Counted from the whole stretch's first letter, positions 14,071 through 27,600 are shown. The stretch: 63,583 nt of DNA, filler included, from Chiloscyllium plagiosum (GCF_004010195.1; 4 parts of one record of this genome joined end to end with filler, not necessarily neighbours in it); one strand, 5' to 3'. The notes: generated by a model not told the origin, from the letters alone. Numbers and translations are program-made.

Positions 14071-14613
14071 CTCTCTGGATATTACTCATGTACTCCACTG
14101 TGAAGTCTGATGTGAAATAATTATTCAGTTAGCCATAGAGTCATAGAGATGTACAGCATGGAAACAGACCCTTCTGTACAACCTGTCCATGCCAACCAGA
14201 TATCCCAACCCAATCTAGTCCCACCTGCCAGCACCTGGTCCATATCTCGCTTCCTATTTATATACCCATCCAAATGCCTCTTAAATGTTGCAATTGTACC
14301 AGCCTCCACCACATCCTATGGCAGCTCGTTCCATACACGTACCACCCTCTGCGTGAAAAGGTCTCCTCTACATTGGGGAGACTGGACGCCTCCTAGCAAA
14401 GCGCTTTAGGGAACATCTCAGAGACACCCGCACCAATCAACCAAATCGCCCAGTGGCTCAACATTTCAACTCCCCCTCCCACTCTGCCGAGGATATGGAG
14501 GTGCTGGGCCTCCTCCACCCCCGCTCCCTCACCACCAGACGCCTGGAGGAAGAACGCCTCATCTTCCGCCGCGGAACACTTCAACCCCAGGGCATCAATA
14601 TGGATTTCAACAG

Positions 14614-14713
14614 NNNNNNNNNNNNNNNNNNNNNNNNNNNNNNNNNNNNNNNNNNNNTTAATTAATTAANNNNNNNNNNNNNNNNNNNNNNNNNNNNNNN
14701 NNNNNNNNNNNNN
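14614..14713. other. Assembly gap with artificial linker
   Basis: 44 N + TTAATTAATTAA + 44 N = 100 bp. Confidence 0.97.
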
Positions 14714-14787
14714 TCTATGCTACTTTCTCCCCACCCCCACCCTCCTCTAGCTTATCTCTCCACGCTTCAGGCTCACTGCCTTTATTC

Positions 14788-14815
14788 CTGATGAAGGGCT
14801 TTTGCCCGAAACGTC
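14788..14815 (+). ncRNA. Intact minimal hammerhead ribozyme motif (family A)
   Basis: CTGATGA-A-GGGC-TTTT-GCCC-GAAA-CG-TC; palindromic helix III ACGT and a GUC cleavage triplet. Confidence 0.82.
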
Positions 14816-15013
14816 GATTTTGCTGAAGCTCCTCGATGCTGCCTGAATTGCTGTCCTGTTCTCTCATTGGCACTGATCCAGAAAACCAGCCTGTATACTT
14901 CCCAGGAATTCCTGCTCTAAATTAAGTTTAGATTAGATTTATTTTTTGTCACATGTATTACAAATGCGGCAAAATGTGTTGCTTCGTATTGTCACTGCCT
15001 GATGCCATCTTTA

Positions 15014-15535
15014 TGGGTGGCACGGTGGCACAGTGGTTAGCACTGTTGCCTCACAACGCCAGAGACCCGGGTTCAATTCCCGCCTCAGGCGACTGACTGT
15101 GTGGAGTTTGCACGTTCTCCCCGTGTCTGCGTGGGTTTCCTCCGGGTGCTCCGGTTTCCTCCCACAATCCAAAGATGTGCAGGTCAGAATGTAGGGGTAT
15201 GGGTGGGTTGCGCTTCGGCGGGTCGGTGTGGACTTGTTGGGCCGAAGGGCCTGTTTCCACACTGTAATGTAATCTAATCTAATCTAAACACAAAAGATAA
15301 AGCAAGATACAAAATCTAAAGCCAAAAAAGCCATCTAAAGCCATTATGAATTGGCCATGCTAAATTGCCCATAGTGTTAGATATAGGGGTAAATGTAGGG
15401 GTATGGGTGGGTTGCGCTTCGGCGGGTCGGTGTGGACTTGTTGGGCCGAAGGGCCTGTTTCCACACTGTAATGTAATGTAATCTAATCTAAACACAAAAG
15501 ATAAAGCAAGATACAAAATCTAAAGCCAAAAAATA
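15014..15535 (+). mobile_element. Young HE1 SINE with tandem partial duplication
   Basis: A box TGGCACAGTGG, B box GGTTCAATTCC, (ctaat)n tail; the 3' half plus flank is repeated. Confidence 0.92.
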
Positions 15536-15569
15536 AATCAAAAGTGTTCATCTTCACTTTTCCTTCTTG

Positions 15570-16213
15570 AATTGAACTGAATTGACTTAAATTGAATCTA
15601 TTGTCATGTGTACCGAGGCACAGTGAAAAGTTTTGTCTTGCGAGTAATACAGGCAGATCACAGAGTTAAATAACATAGATAAGGAAATAATAGGTAAACA
15701 GCGGCAAAAACAAAAACACAGGTACAGGAGAATGTTAAGAGTCTGAGAGTCCATTTAGTATTCTAACAACAGTAGGGTAGAAACTGTTACGAAACCTGCT
15801 GGTGCATGTATTCAGGCTTCTGTACCTTCTCCCCGATGGTAGAGGTTGTAGAAAAACATAGCCAGTGTGGGATGGATCTTTAAGAACTGAAAAATGTGTT
15901 GCTGAAAACGTCGAAACGTCAATTCTCCTGCTCCTTGGATGCTGCCTGACCTGCTGCGCTTTTCCAACAACACATTTTTCAGCTCTGATCTCCAGCATCT
16001 GCAGTCCTCACTTTCTCCTAGTGGATCTTTAAGAATGCTGGTGACCTCTCCTTGACAGCGGGCCTGGTAGATGGATTCTATAGATGGGAGGTTGGCCTTT
16101 GTGATTGTCCGGGCCGAGTTCACCACTCTCTGTAACCATCTCCGATCTTGAATGCTACAGTTGCCATACCGGATAGCGATACATCCGGACAGAATGCTCT
16201 CGATGGTGCACCT
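15570..16213 (-). mobile_element. Rex1/Babar-clade LINE 3' fragment interrupted by a Penelope insert at 15887-16021
   Basis: LQRVVNSARTIT...LPSIESIY...ILKDP|SH...LPSGRRYRSL...RFRNSFYP; TSD tggatctttaagaa at 15873-15886 and 16022-16035. Confidence 0.88.
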
Positions 16214-17053
16214 CATTGTGCTCTTTACCATCCGCCAGTGCTCCTCCAACCTGCCATGGATGGAGTGCCAACCCCCTATCATCACCACCACCACCCTTTG
16301 CCAAGCCCCACTTACACCCTCTTGACATCTGTATTTGCTACTTTCTCCATGTCCACTATATGAGGAGGGGCTCATGGCCAAATAAATGTCACCAGGGTTC
16401 AACAGTTACATGCACAAGATTAGATAAGCCTGAATTCAGTCAAGCTCCTCATAAAGGACCAACAGAAGCAGTTTATCTGAGTCTTTAACTGAACAAAAAG
16501 AAAGGGCATTTGCCATTTTAACTCAGCTTCCAAACTCAGTTCATATTTTGGAACCCTGCAAGTTTTATTTTGAGTCTTGCAGTATATTAGCCCTCAGTTG
16601 CAGGCCAAATTCTGACGTTCTTCACATTGAGTCACTTAATGATTTCAAACTGCTCATTCTCCTCTCAAATTGGAATTGTCAGCAGAGTTTTTCCACCTTG
16701 CTGCCTGAGCTTATTCGTGAGGCTGCAAAGGCAGCACATTAACTTGTACAAAAGAGGCTGTTTTATGTTTCCATCAGGCCTTGACAGCTCGGTTTCCTTC
16801 AGCTAAAAGGGTACAGTGCGTCTCGGCAAAATTACTTTCAACTGTAAGTGCGTTTGTTGAGAACTTTGCTTTTTTTACCTGCAAGATGAATTCTTGACAG
16901 GATCCCAGGAGAAATGTGAAAAGATTCATGAGAACAATTTAGCTTGGGACTCAGTGGGAAGGTGACAGAGGGTAAATTGATTTGTTTGCTTTAAGTGCCA
17001 CCTCCTTCGCAGTGCTAAAGGAGGCTAAGGTTTGGGGAAAGTTGGGGTCATAT

Positions 17054-17367
17054 TTAGATTAGATTACTTACAGTGTGGAAACATGCCCTTTGGCCCAACA
17101 AGTCCACATCGCCCCGCCGAAGTGCAACCCACCCATACCCCTACATTTACCCCTTACCTAACACTACAGGCAATTTAGCATGGCCAATTCACCTGAGCTG
17201 CACATCTTTGGACTGTGGGAGGAAACCGGAGCACCTGGAGGAAACCCACGCAGACACGGGGAGAATGTGCAAACTCCACACAGTCAGTCGCCTGAAGCTG
17301 GAATTGAACCCGGGTCTCTGTCGCTGTGAGGCAGCAGTGCTAACCACTGTGCCACCGTGCCGCCCAC
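17054..17367 (-). mobile_element. Full-length HE1 SINE
   Basis: Reverse-strand A and B boxes and a (ctaat)n tail. Confidence 0.93.
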
Positions 17368-19424
17368 AGTGCAGGCATTAAGGTATTCCTATTCCTACAC
17401 ACTTCCCATGTTCCTGCATCTTTGTAGCATTCTATGCATCTGCCATGTTTACCATGTTCCACTTGCACATTCCTCTTTACACCAGCCAGCAGAGAAGAAA
17501 TTGCATTCGGATTAACTCAGACGCATTTCCAGAGGTCAATCTATACTCACTATGATAACCCTTCCGGAATCTCACAGCTAAAAGGAAATGACTGATGAAG
17601 CTGTGAAGATAAGGGTAACTAGATAAATCACACATTTATTTGCACTGCAACTCCTGGGTCCCTAACCTATCTGACCAGCAACAAACTCATACGTCAGTGC
17701 TCAGCTGTGAAACAAGTCCTCGCTGATCGCAATGAGATGCTCTGAAGCAAGAGGCTTAATCGAGGACATGACAACAAAACAATGCCACTTGCTTTTAACC
17801 CGACATCAGCAGGGGAACGTTGATGAGCAAAGAGCTCTCACTTGTACTCTAAATTAAACTCTGTTTATTGACTGATAATCTCTGAGCTAGAAATATATAA
17901 TGATCGATTACTCTGTGACAGCAAGTGTTACTGGGAAACTGTGGTGAAGATCCTGTGAATTGCATTTGACTTGTTGGCATTTTAGCCAATGACTCAACAG
18001 GCACAGTGTTGTTCCATCTTCACCTCCGGATGCCCAGGCAAGGAGAGCAGGCAGGCAGAGAGGTACCTGGGCAGGAGGATGGGGAGGGCAAGTTGCAGGG
18101 AACGCGGTCTGCCCGGTGGCATAGGCAACTAAGATGCTGGTCAAGCAGGCAGCTGTGAAGGAGGAGGATCCTGAGACACTTAAACAAACCAAGTTGATAT
18201 ATTCAGCCATTTGCGTCCTCAGGGCATCTTGAGACAATGTTCAACCAACAAGACATTTTTGGAGTGTGAGCCCTACAATGTGGGAAATGATGATACAGAC
18301 CAGGAGAAAAAGAGTCGGAGGACAGGGAAAAGGAACGTTTTTGGATCTGGCAAGTTAAATTTGACCATGAAAACCTCTCAGTTCTTATTTAAATCAGCAA
18401 CTGACCACAAACAAAAGAGCACGAGTGGGACTTTGGCCCTCCAAGCCTGCTCCATCCCTACCCTGTCACTTCAACCTGGTATGATATCCATATGATTCCG
18501 GGTTTGGTGTGTGTCTATCTCCGATGGAGCAATTTTCCACAGACACTAAAGTGCCTGTACAATAGGTGAGTTGGGTTGGTAAGCTGAAACCGAGATTTAG
18601 CCCAGCTCAGGGAAGTGTGTGTTGCTGGCCAGGGATTTGTGGAAGGGAATGGTTACGAGGTAAGGTGTCTGCCAGCATTTACACAAGAAGCTGGATGCTC
18701 TCTGGGTATTTAGCTCCTTCTCCAAAGAGTAACCACATGGTTGCTGAGGGCTTCAGGTGCCATTATACTTCTAACAACTTTTACAGTGGAGAGATGGAAG
18801 AACACCTTTAAAACACATTGCAAGGCGTTGTGGCACATTGTCAAGGCTTCACCAACACTGAAACAACATTTGCTCTCCAAGTTCAGAGAAAGCACCTTAA
18901 AAGAATGAATTCCAAGTTCCTTTATGTTGTTGGATGTCTGACAGAATTCCCAGATGAAAGCGAGTGCTTGTCATCCTGTGGGGCTTCCCTTCTCCTTTCC
19001 TGGGAAATTATTTCCAAACAGCCCATACTAAACCCACAGATGTCTGTTTTGGTTCAAGTTTAAATCATGATGAATCGCCCTCTACACTCCAAAGTCAGAT
19101 TTCAAAGCATTTTATTTGCACAGCACTCACTTGGCAGCTCTTTTCGACAAATTACCTCCACGAATCATAGAATGGTTACAGAACGAAAGGAGACCATTCA
19201 TCCCACTGTGTCTGTACTGGCCCTCTGTGGGATTGACTTACAATTCCCCACCTCTCCAGCACTAACCCTGTAGAGAAGGAGATTGCAAGCACACACCCAG
19301 TACCTCAAGTTGCACTGTGATGGTGCCCCCCACCTCCAGACCAGAGGGTCCACGTTCCAGTGCCCTGGAGGTGTGCTGTAACATGCCTGAACAGGGTGAT
19401 TAATTTTTTTCATGGATGTTTCAT

Positions 19425-19770
19425 AATTTTTTTACTCATGGGATGTGGATATCTCTGGCTAATTCAGCATTTATGGCCCATTCCTAATTGCCCAGAGGGC
19501 ATTAAGAGTCAACCACTTTGCCGTGTGGGTCTGGAGTCACATGTAGTCCAGACCAGGTAAAGATGCTACTTTCCTTCCCTCAAAGACATCAGTGAACCAG
19601 ATGGATTTTTCCCTAACATTTGATAATTGCTTCATGGTCATCATTAGATTCTTAATTTCAGATTTTTATTTGTCTTGGCTGGATTCAGACTCAGGTTCCC
19701 AAAGCATTACCCGAGTCTCTAGGTTACCAGTCCAGCTGATAATACCCACGAGGCCATCACCACTCCCATA
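19425..19770 (-). mobile_element. Second tRNA-derived SINE family
   Basis: tRNA-like head; homologous copies at 47375-47715 (-) and about 45040-45350 (+). Confidence 0.75.
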
Positions 19771-20377
19771 GCTTATCAGCCGCGCTTGCGCCTTCACAAC
19801 TTCCAACCTTACTCAGCTCTGTATTCGTGGATGTAACCAATCCAATCCAGAGAAACTTATCAATGTTAAGTACAGTTGGACAACCAAAATCTTCCTGTCA
19901 TAGAAGGCAGCAGTAGGCCATTCAGGTCTGTTGTGCCATTCACCATGGTCATGACTGACCATCCAACTCAGTACCCTGTTCACGTTTTCTGACCATACCA
20001 ATTTGTCACTGAAAGCGGGTGAGACCAAAGCATTGAATGCTTTCAAGGAGTTTGATCTTGTTCTTAGGGACAAAGGGATCAAAGGCTATAGGGAAAAAGT
20101 AGGAGCAGGACAGTGGGTTGGATGATCAGCCAGGATCATACTGAATGGCAGATCAGGCTGAAAGGGCTGACTCCTGCTCCCACTTGCCGTTTCTATGTTC
20201 TTATCCTTCAATCGATGTTGGTCTGTGACCTCCTTCTATCCTCTTCACAACATACTCTCCAACCTACCATTGTGCCTTCTGCAAGTTTAGCTGCCATGTG
20301 TTTGCGGTGAATTCCACAGGCTCACCACTCTCTGGGTGAAGAAAGTTCTCCTCATCTCAGTCTTAAACATCCTTTCC

Positions 20378-21562
20378 CATTTTGGGAAAGCAAATCTGAG
20401 CAGGGCTTATACACTTAATGGTAAAGTCCTGGAGAGTGTTTGCTGAACAAAGAGACCTTGCAGTGCAAGCTCATAGCTCCTTGAAAGTGGAGTCGCAGAT
20501 AGATAGGATAGTGAAGAAGGCGTTTGGTATGCTTTCCTTTATTGGTCAGAGTATTGAGTACAGGAGTTGGGACGTCATGTTGCGGCTGTACAGGACATTG
20601 GTTAGGCCACTGTTGGAATATTGCGTGCAATTCTGGTCTCCTTCCTATTGGAAGGATGTTGTGAAACTTGAAAGGGTTCAGAAAAGATTTACAAGGATAT
20701 TGCCAGGGTTGGAGGATTTGAGCTACAGGGCGACGTTGAATAGGCTGGGGCTGTTTTCCCTGGAGCGTTGGAGGCTGAGGGGTGACTTTATAGAGGTTTA
20801 TAAAATCATGAAGGGCAGAGATAGGATAAATAGGCAAAGTTTTTTTTCCTGTGGTCAGGGAGTCCAGAACTAGATGACATAGATTTAGGGTGACAGGGGA
20901 AAGATATAAAAGAGACCTGAAGGGCAACTTTTTCACTCAGAGGGTGGTACGTGTATGGAATGAGCTGCCAGAGGAAGTGGTGGAGGCTGGTACAATTACA
21001 ACGTTTAAAAGTCATCTGGTGGGTATATGAATAGGAAGGGTTTGGAGGGATATGGGCCGGGTGCTGGCAGGTGGGACTAGATTGGGTTGGGATATCTGGT
21101 CGGCATGGACGGGTTGGACCGAAGGTAAAAACAATGACTGCAGATGCTGGAAACCAGATTCTGGATTAGTGGTGCTGGAAGAGCACAGCAGTTCAGGCAG
21201 CATCCAAGGAGCTTCGAAATCGACGTTTCGGGCAAAAGCCCTTCATCAGGAATAAAGGCAGAGAGCCTGAAGCGTGGAGAGATAAGCTAGAGGAGGGTGG
21301 GGGTGGGGATACAGTAGCATAGAGTACAATAGGTCAGGGCAGAGGAAATGACCTGGGATTTGCAGTGGGAGAGAGACTCCCAGAGATTCTTGTAGAGAGA
21401 GGAGGAAAACTTCTTCAAGGCAGGCATCCTTGCAAGAGGATTCGCAGTAGGGTTAAAATCAACTAGGTAAAAACAATGACTGCAGATGCTGGATCCAGAT
21501 TCTGGATCAGTGGTGCTGGACTGAAGGGTCAATTTCTGTGCTGTAGATCTCTATGACTCTAT
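20378..21562 (+). mobile_element. HER1/CR1 LINE 3' part with a Penelope insert in its 3' UTR
   Basis: LVRPLLEYCVQFWSP...LRGDFIEVYK; tail split around tggac(c/t)gaagg. Confidence 0.92.
21126..21516 (-). mobile_element. Internally deleted Penelope element (pLTR end, ORF start, pLTR) with intact hammerhead at 21222-21249
   Basis: Terminal segment duplicated at about 21123 and 21466; minus-strand ATG frame MPALKKFSSSLYKNLWESLSHCKSQVISSAL. Confidence 0.85.
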
Positions 21563-22755
21563 GTCCTTGCATTGTGACCCCTGGTTCTAGGCTCTGCAGA
21601 CATTGAGAATATCCTGCCTACATTTACCCTGTCTAATCCTGTTTGAATTTTATAGGCTTCTGTGAGATACCTCCTCACTCTTTTGAACACCAGTGAATAT
21701 AGTCTTACCCGATTCCATCTCCTTTTATACATCGATGCTGCTAACGCAGGAATCAGTTTAGTAAATCTTTTCTGCTGATCCTGTACTCCCCTCCCCACCC
21801 CAATGACCAATGTTTTCCTGGCTACCATTGGTTCTGATGAAGGGTCACTGGATACTGCTGTCTCTCCATCGACACTGCCAGACTGGCTGAGTTTTTCCAG
21901 CAATTTCTGTTTTTGAAAGTTAACCCTTATTACACAAACATAGCCAGGACATCCTTCCTCAGATAAGGAGACCTCGTCTGCACACAATATTCCAGGTGTG
22001 GTCTCACCAAGGCCTTGTACAATTGCAGCAAGATATCCCTGCTCTTGTACTCGAGTCCTCTCGCTATGAAGACCAAGAGACCAAGTGTCTTTGTTACCTC
22101 CTGCATACTTACTTTCAGCGACTGGCTTATATGGTCTTGTTGCGCATTCCCTTCTCTCAATTTACAGCCAATCTGATAATAATCTGTGCTCCTGTTTTTT
22201 GCTACCAAAATGAATAACGTCACACTTATCCACATTACACTGCAGCTGCCACACATTATCTCACTCACTGAACCTGTCCAAATTGTACTCACTAATATTT
22301 ATCCCATCAAATGTCTCATCCACAAAAAAAATCAGAATGTGCAGGAGGAGCAGCAGGTCTGGCAGCATCTGTTAAGTGAAAGAAAAACAGAGTTAATGCT
22401 TCGAGACCAGTGACATCACTAACAGAATACAGATACCAACTCCTGTACAAGTTGCCCACTATTAGTAAATCTTACACTGTTTGGCTCAGTTTCAGTTGTG
22501 TTGAGGCTTTGTGGAGGGTTTTTCATTGTGAGGCCTAGTGTGTTGTCTCACTGTGCCTTGCCATACTTGTCTAATTAACTACCTATCAGTTCCTACAGCT
22601 TCCCGTTTGCCCGATTCTAACCCCATCCTGCCAAGCGCCATTCCTGGAACAACCCGCTAAAGCAGAAGCATCCCTGGTGCCAGCTCATGTTTAACAGGCT
22701 ATCATGCACCCAGCCAAGCACAGGCAGCCCACAACTGTCTTGCACAGTACCTGAC

Positions 22756-23380
22756 ATGGAAACCACAGAGAAACTGTCATCCCACAATGTGGGCTGTGAC
22801 CTGGGGGTCCCTGCTAAACACATCGGAATATTGGCAAGACATTGTCTTACTCCAGGACCAGAAGAGAAGGCCATGACACCAGACTCATCTGAGATTGCTC
22901 TGCCCGCCCCCACCTGGGTCAGTGCAGTCTCTACTATCTGGAGGAATGCCCAGCATCTTTGGGAAGAGGGTCAATGCCCTTCTCCACTCCACCAATCCAC
23001 GGTGCTACCATTTTCTCTCTGATACCTCATACTCACTCTACCTCTATCTCTACCTCCCACTTCCCACCTCATGGCCCATGCACCCACCTCACCTGTAACA
23101 TCACTCACCCTAACCTACCCCAACCCCCTGGCATCACCAACCCTGCCTGCTGTCTGTGCCACCTCCTCACCCGCCCAGGGCACGTCCCACCTGCACCAAC
23201 AGTAATCGCTGTGCCATCCACTTCCAACTCCCTTCAGACCTGCCTCAGTCTTATTCCAGGAGGAAAACAGCCCACAAAAGGGACAGAGGGACTCAGGTAG
23301 CAGGGGGTGGGGGTGGGGGCGGTGGCAGACTGCCCGACACACAGCTCGTCCCCTTTTATGAGGAAGGGCTCCTGCCTCTG
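22756..23380 (+). mobile_element. PIF/Harbinger Myb/SANT (NAIF1-like) gene relic, two exons
   Basis: DLGVLL...LQDQKRRP...WVSAVSTIWRNAQ...KRVNALLHST, an intron, then RKTAH...GG.LPD...PFYEE. Confidence 0.7.
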
Positions 23381-23749
23381 AACTCCCCCACCCCCCCACC
23401 TCCTGAGCAACTGACAGACTGTGCCTAAGCCCCTGAACTGCCCTCAGGGGCTGTCCTTGACTCTCTGTGCCAGGACTCCCTGCCCCACCCCCCTCACTGA
23501 CCAAGGCGATGCCCCTTGACCTTTCTGGGGACGGCTGACAACCACACCCAGCCCCTGGCTCTGTGTCTGTGTTAAACAGCACGGAGGGCCTGGGGTCTCG
23601 GGCTAAGGGCGAGAAGGGTAAAAGAGTAAGGCCAGAATCCTGTGAGCATCTAGACAGGGTTAATGACAGTTACCAGTGTAATCCTAAATATAGTCTGAAG
23701 TGGATTGGAGATATACTTTGAAGGTTTTTAGAGGCTATCATATGTCAGA

Positions 23750-24170
23750 TGTCTTGATAGGATAAATAGACAAAGTCTTTTCCCTGGGGTGGGGGAGTCC
23801 AGAACTAGAGGACATAGGTTTAGGGTGAGAGGGGAAAAATATAAAAGAGACCTAAGGGGCAACTTTTTCACACAGGGGGTGGTATGTGTATGGAATGAGC
23901 TGCCAGAGGAAATAGTGGAAGTTGGTACAATTGCAACATTTAAAAGTCATCTGGTGGGTATATGAATAGGAAGGGTTTAGAGGGATATGGGCCGGGTCGG
24001 GTTGGACCGAAGGGTCTGTTTCCATGCTGTACATCTCTATGACTTTATGAAGGGCTTTTGCCCGAAACGTCGATTCTTCTGCTCCTTGGATGCTGCCTGA
24101 CCTGCTGTGCTTTTCCAGCTCCACACTCATGACTCTAATCTCCAGCATCTGCAGTACTCACTGTTGCCTG
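23750..24170 (+). mobile_element. HER1/CR1 tail followed by a Penelope family A end (hammerhead 5'-clipped at 24047)
   Basis: CR1 3' UTR then ATGA-A-GGGC-TTTT-GCCC-GAAACGTC. Confidence 0.88.
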
Positions 24171-24675
24171 GCACGTCAGATGTCAATGTCCGTGACCATT
24201 GTCCATTGAGCATGCCCTGAGCTCCAGTCTGGAGTCACTTTGGAGCAAGCAGTGAGCTGACGTTGCTGGATACCCACTCTGATTTCCATGGTCAGAAATC
24301 TCAGCATCCGGCCTGTCTGGTGTGCCTGATACAGTGGAGAGCTTCTTATTAATTAGGTGAGGTGAGGTGTGCTGAAGGTAGTTAACAGGCAATAAACCCT
24401 TTAATTGGAAACACATATTGCCCAGAAAACAACTCACCTCAATATCAGACAGATGCAGCAAGCTTTTGGACAGGCCTCTGTGGATTTCTCACATGATTCC
24501 AACAGATTCCCACTGTCACCTGCATCGTTCAGGCCCCTAAAACATTCCACCCTATCAATTCTATCGAAGCCTCTCAATATTTTAAGCACTTCAATTAAAT
24601 CGCTCCTGAAGCCTGCCTGCTCCAAAGAGAATAAATGAATTTTCTCCACCCTCACAATCTAATAAATCTCCTCTC

Positions 24676-27600
24676 CATTCTCAGGGGAACGTAGCACAAA
24701 CAGCCAAGTTTCTGGTATTGAGACTGGCTCTAATGCAACGAGGGGTGTGTTGGGTTCCAAGAGATCAATTGTGTCAGGGGACCCTCTAGTCCGAGGCACA
24801 GACAGATGTTTCTGTGGCCAGCAGCGAAAAAGCAGAATGGTGTGTGGTTTCCCTGGTGCCAGGATCAAGGATGTCTCAGAGAGGGTACAGAATGTTCTCT
24901 CGGGGGAGAGNNNNNNNNNNNNNNNNNNNNNNNNNNNNNNNNNNNNNNNNNNNNNNNNNNNNNNNNNNNNNNNNNNNNNNNNNNNNNNNNNNNNNNNNNN
25001 NNNNNNNNNNNNNNNNNNNNNNNNNNNNNNNNNNNNNNNNNNNNNNNNNNNNNNNNNNNNNNNNNNNNNNNNNNNNNNNNNNNNNNNNNNNNNNNNNNNN
25101 NNNNNNNNNNNNNNNNNNNNNNNNNNNNNNNNNNNNNNNNNNNNNNNNNNNNNNNNNNNNNNNNNNNNNNNNNNNNNNNNNNNNNNNNNNNNNNNNNNNN
25201 NNNNNNNNNNNNNNNNNNNNNNNNNNNNNNNNNNNNNNNNNNNNNNNNNNNNNNNNNNNNNNNNNNNNNNNNNNNNNNNNNNNNNNNNNNNNNNNNNNNN
25301 NNNNNNNNNNNNNNNNNNNNNNNNNNNNNNNNNNNNNNNNNNAGATGAGAGTAAACTGGTTGATGTGGTGTATATGGATTTCAGCAAGGCATTCGATAAG
25401 GTTCCCCACAGTAGGCTATTGTACAAAATGTGGAGGAATGGGATTGTGGGAGATATAGCAGTTTGGCTCAGTAATTGGCTTGCTGAAAGAAGACAGAGGG
25501 TGGTGGTTGATGGGAAATGTTCATCCTGGAGTCCAGTTACTAGTGGTGTACTGCAAGGGTCGGTGTTGGGTCCACTGCTGTTCGTCATTTTTATAAACGA
25601 CCTGGATGAGGGCGTAGAAGGGTGGGTTAGTAAATTTGCAGACGGCACTAAGGTCAGTGGAGTTGTGAATAGTGACGAAGGATGTTGTAAGTTACAGAGA
25701 GACATCAATAAGCTGCAGAGCTGGGCTGAGAGGTGGCAAATGGAGTTTAATGCGGACAAGTGTGAGGTGATTCACTTTGGTCGGAGTAACCGGAATGCAA
25801 AGTATTGGGCTAATGGTAAGATTCTTGATAGTGTAGATGAGCAGAGAGTTCTCGGTGTCCAGGTACACAAATCCTTGAAAGTTGCCACGCAGGTTGACAG
25901 GGTTGTTAAGAAAGCATACAGTGTTTTAGCTTTTATTAATAGAGGGCTCGAGTTCCGGAACCATGAGGTGATGCTACAGCTGTACAAATCTCTGGTGCGG
26001 CCACACTTGGAGTATTGTGTACAGTTCTGGTCACTGCATTATAAGAAGGATGTGGAAGCTTTGGAAAGGGTGCAGAGAAGATTTACTAGGATGTTGCCTG
26101 GTATGGAGGAAAAGTCTTACAAGAAAGGCTGAGGGACTTGAGGCTGTTTTCGTTAGAGAGAAGAAGGTTGAAAGGTGACTTAATAGAGACTATCAGATAA
26201 TCAGTGGGTTAGATAGGGTGGGCAGGGAGAGCCTTTTTCCAAGTATGGGGACGGCGAGCACGAGGGGGCATAGCTTTAAATTGATGGGTGATAGATATAG
26301 GACACATGTCAGAGGTAGTTTTGTTACTCAGAGAGTAGTAAGGGTATGGAATGCTTTGCCTGCAATGGTAGTAGATTCGCCAACTTTAAGCACATTTAAG
26401 TCATCATTGGACAAGCATATGGACGTACATGGAATAATGTAGGTTAGATGGGCTTCAGATTGGTATGACAGGTCAGTGCAACATCGAGGGCCGAAGGGCC
26501 TGTACTGCGTTGTAGTGTTCTATGTTCTAACAGGGAAGGCAGATTAACTCAGGGCACGGTTAGGAACATGGGACTGGGATATCACAGCAATTACAGAAAT
26601 GTGGCTCAGGGATGGGCAGGACTGGCCGCTTAATGTTCCAAGAGACAAATGCTACAGGAAGGATAGAAAGGGAGGCAAGAGAGGAGGGGGAGTGGCATTT
26701 TTGATAAGGGATAGCATTACAGCTGTGCTGAGGGAGGATATTCACGGAAATACATCCAGGGAAGTTATTTAGGTGGAACTGAGAAATAAGAAAGGGATGA
26801 TAACCTTATTGGGATTGTATTATAGACCCCCTAATAGTGAGAGGGAAATTGAGAAACAAACTTGTAAGGACACCTCAGCTATCTGTAAGAATAATAGGGT
26901 AGTTATGGTGGAGGATTTTAACTTTCCAAACATCGACTGGGACTGCAATAGTTTTAAAGGTTTAGATGGAGAGGAATTTCTTAAGTGTGTACAAGACAAT
27001 TTTCTGATTCAGTATGTGGATGTACCGAGTTGAGAAGGTGCAAAACTTGACCTACTCTTGGGAAATAAGGCAGGGCAGGTGACTGAGGTGTCAGTGGGGG
27101 AGCACTTTGGGGCCAGCAACCATAATTCTATTGGTTTTAAAATAGTGATGGAAAAGGATAGACCACATCTAAAAGTTGAAGTTCTAAACTGGAGAAAGGC
27201 CAATTTTGACGGTATTAGGCAAGAACATTCGAAAGCTGTTTGGAGGCAGATGTTCGTAGGTAAAGGGATGGCTGGAAAATGGGAAGCCTTTAGAAATGAG
27301 ATAACGAGAATCCAGAGAAAGTATATTCCTGTCAGGGTGAAAGGGAAGGCTGGTAGGTACAGGGAATGCTGGATGACTAAAGTAATTGAGGGCTTGGTTC
27401 AGAAAAAGAAGGAAGCATATGTCAGGTATAGACAGGATAAATCCTTAGATCACATCTGCTGCTTAGAAGAGTATAAAGGAAGTATAAAGGAAGAGTATAA
27501 ATCCTTAGAAGAGTATAAAGGAAGTAGGAGTATACTTAAGAAGGAAATCAGGAGGGCAAAAAAGGGACATGAGATAACTTTGGCAAATAGAATTAAGGAG

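Larger units (their letters stand above)
14362..14885 (+). mobile_element. Penelope-like element 3' part (GIY-YIG C-terminus, gap, pLTR)
   Basis: LLYIGETGR...FREH and VAQHFNSPSHS...EEERLIFRRGTLQPQGIN; pLTR follows the gap. Confidence 0.9.

Noticed and set aside
15014..15085. tRNA gene-like A and B boxes
   Set aside because: These are HE1 SINE heads, continuous with the SINE body and tail
18786..18865. DGRTPLKHIARRCG, ankyrin-like peptide after an AG acceptor
   Set aside because: Short, imperfect match ending in a stop, with no supporting exons
24659..26132. Long 366-461 aa ORFs
   Set aside because: Read-through of N gaps joining fragments of two different CR1 elements
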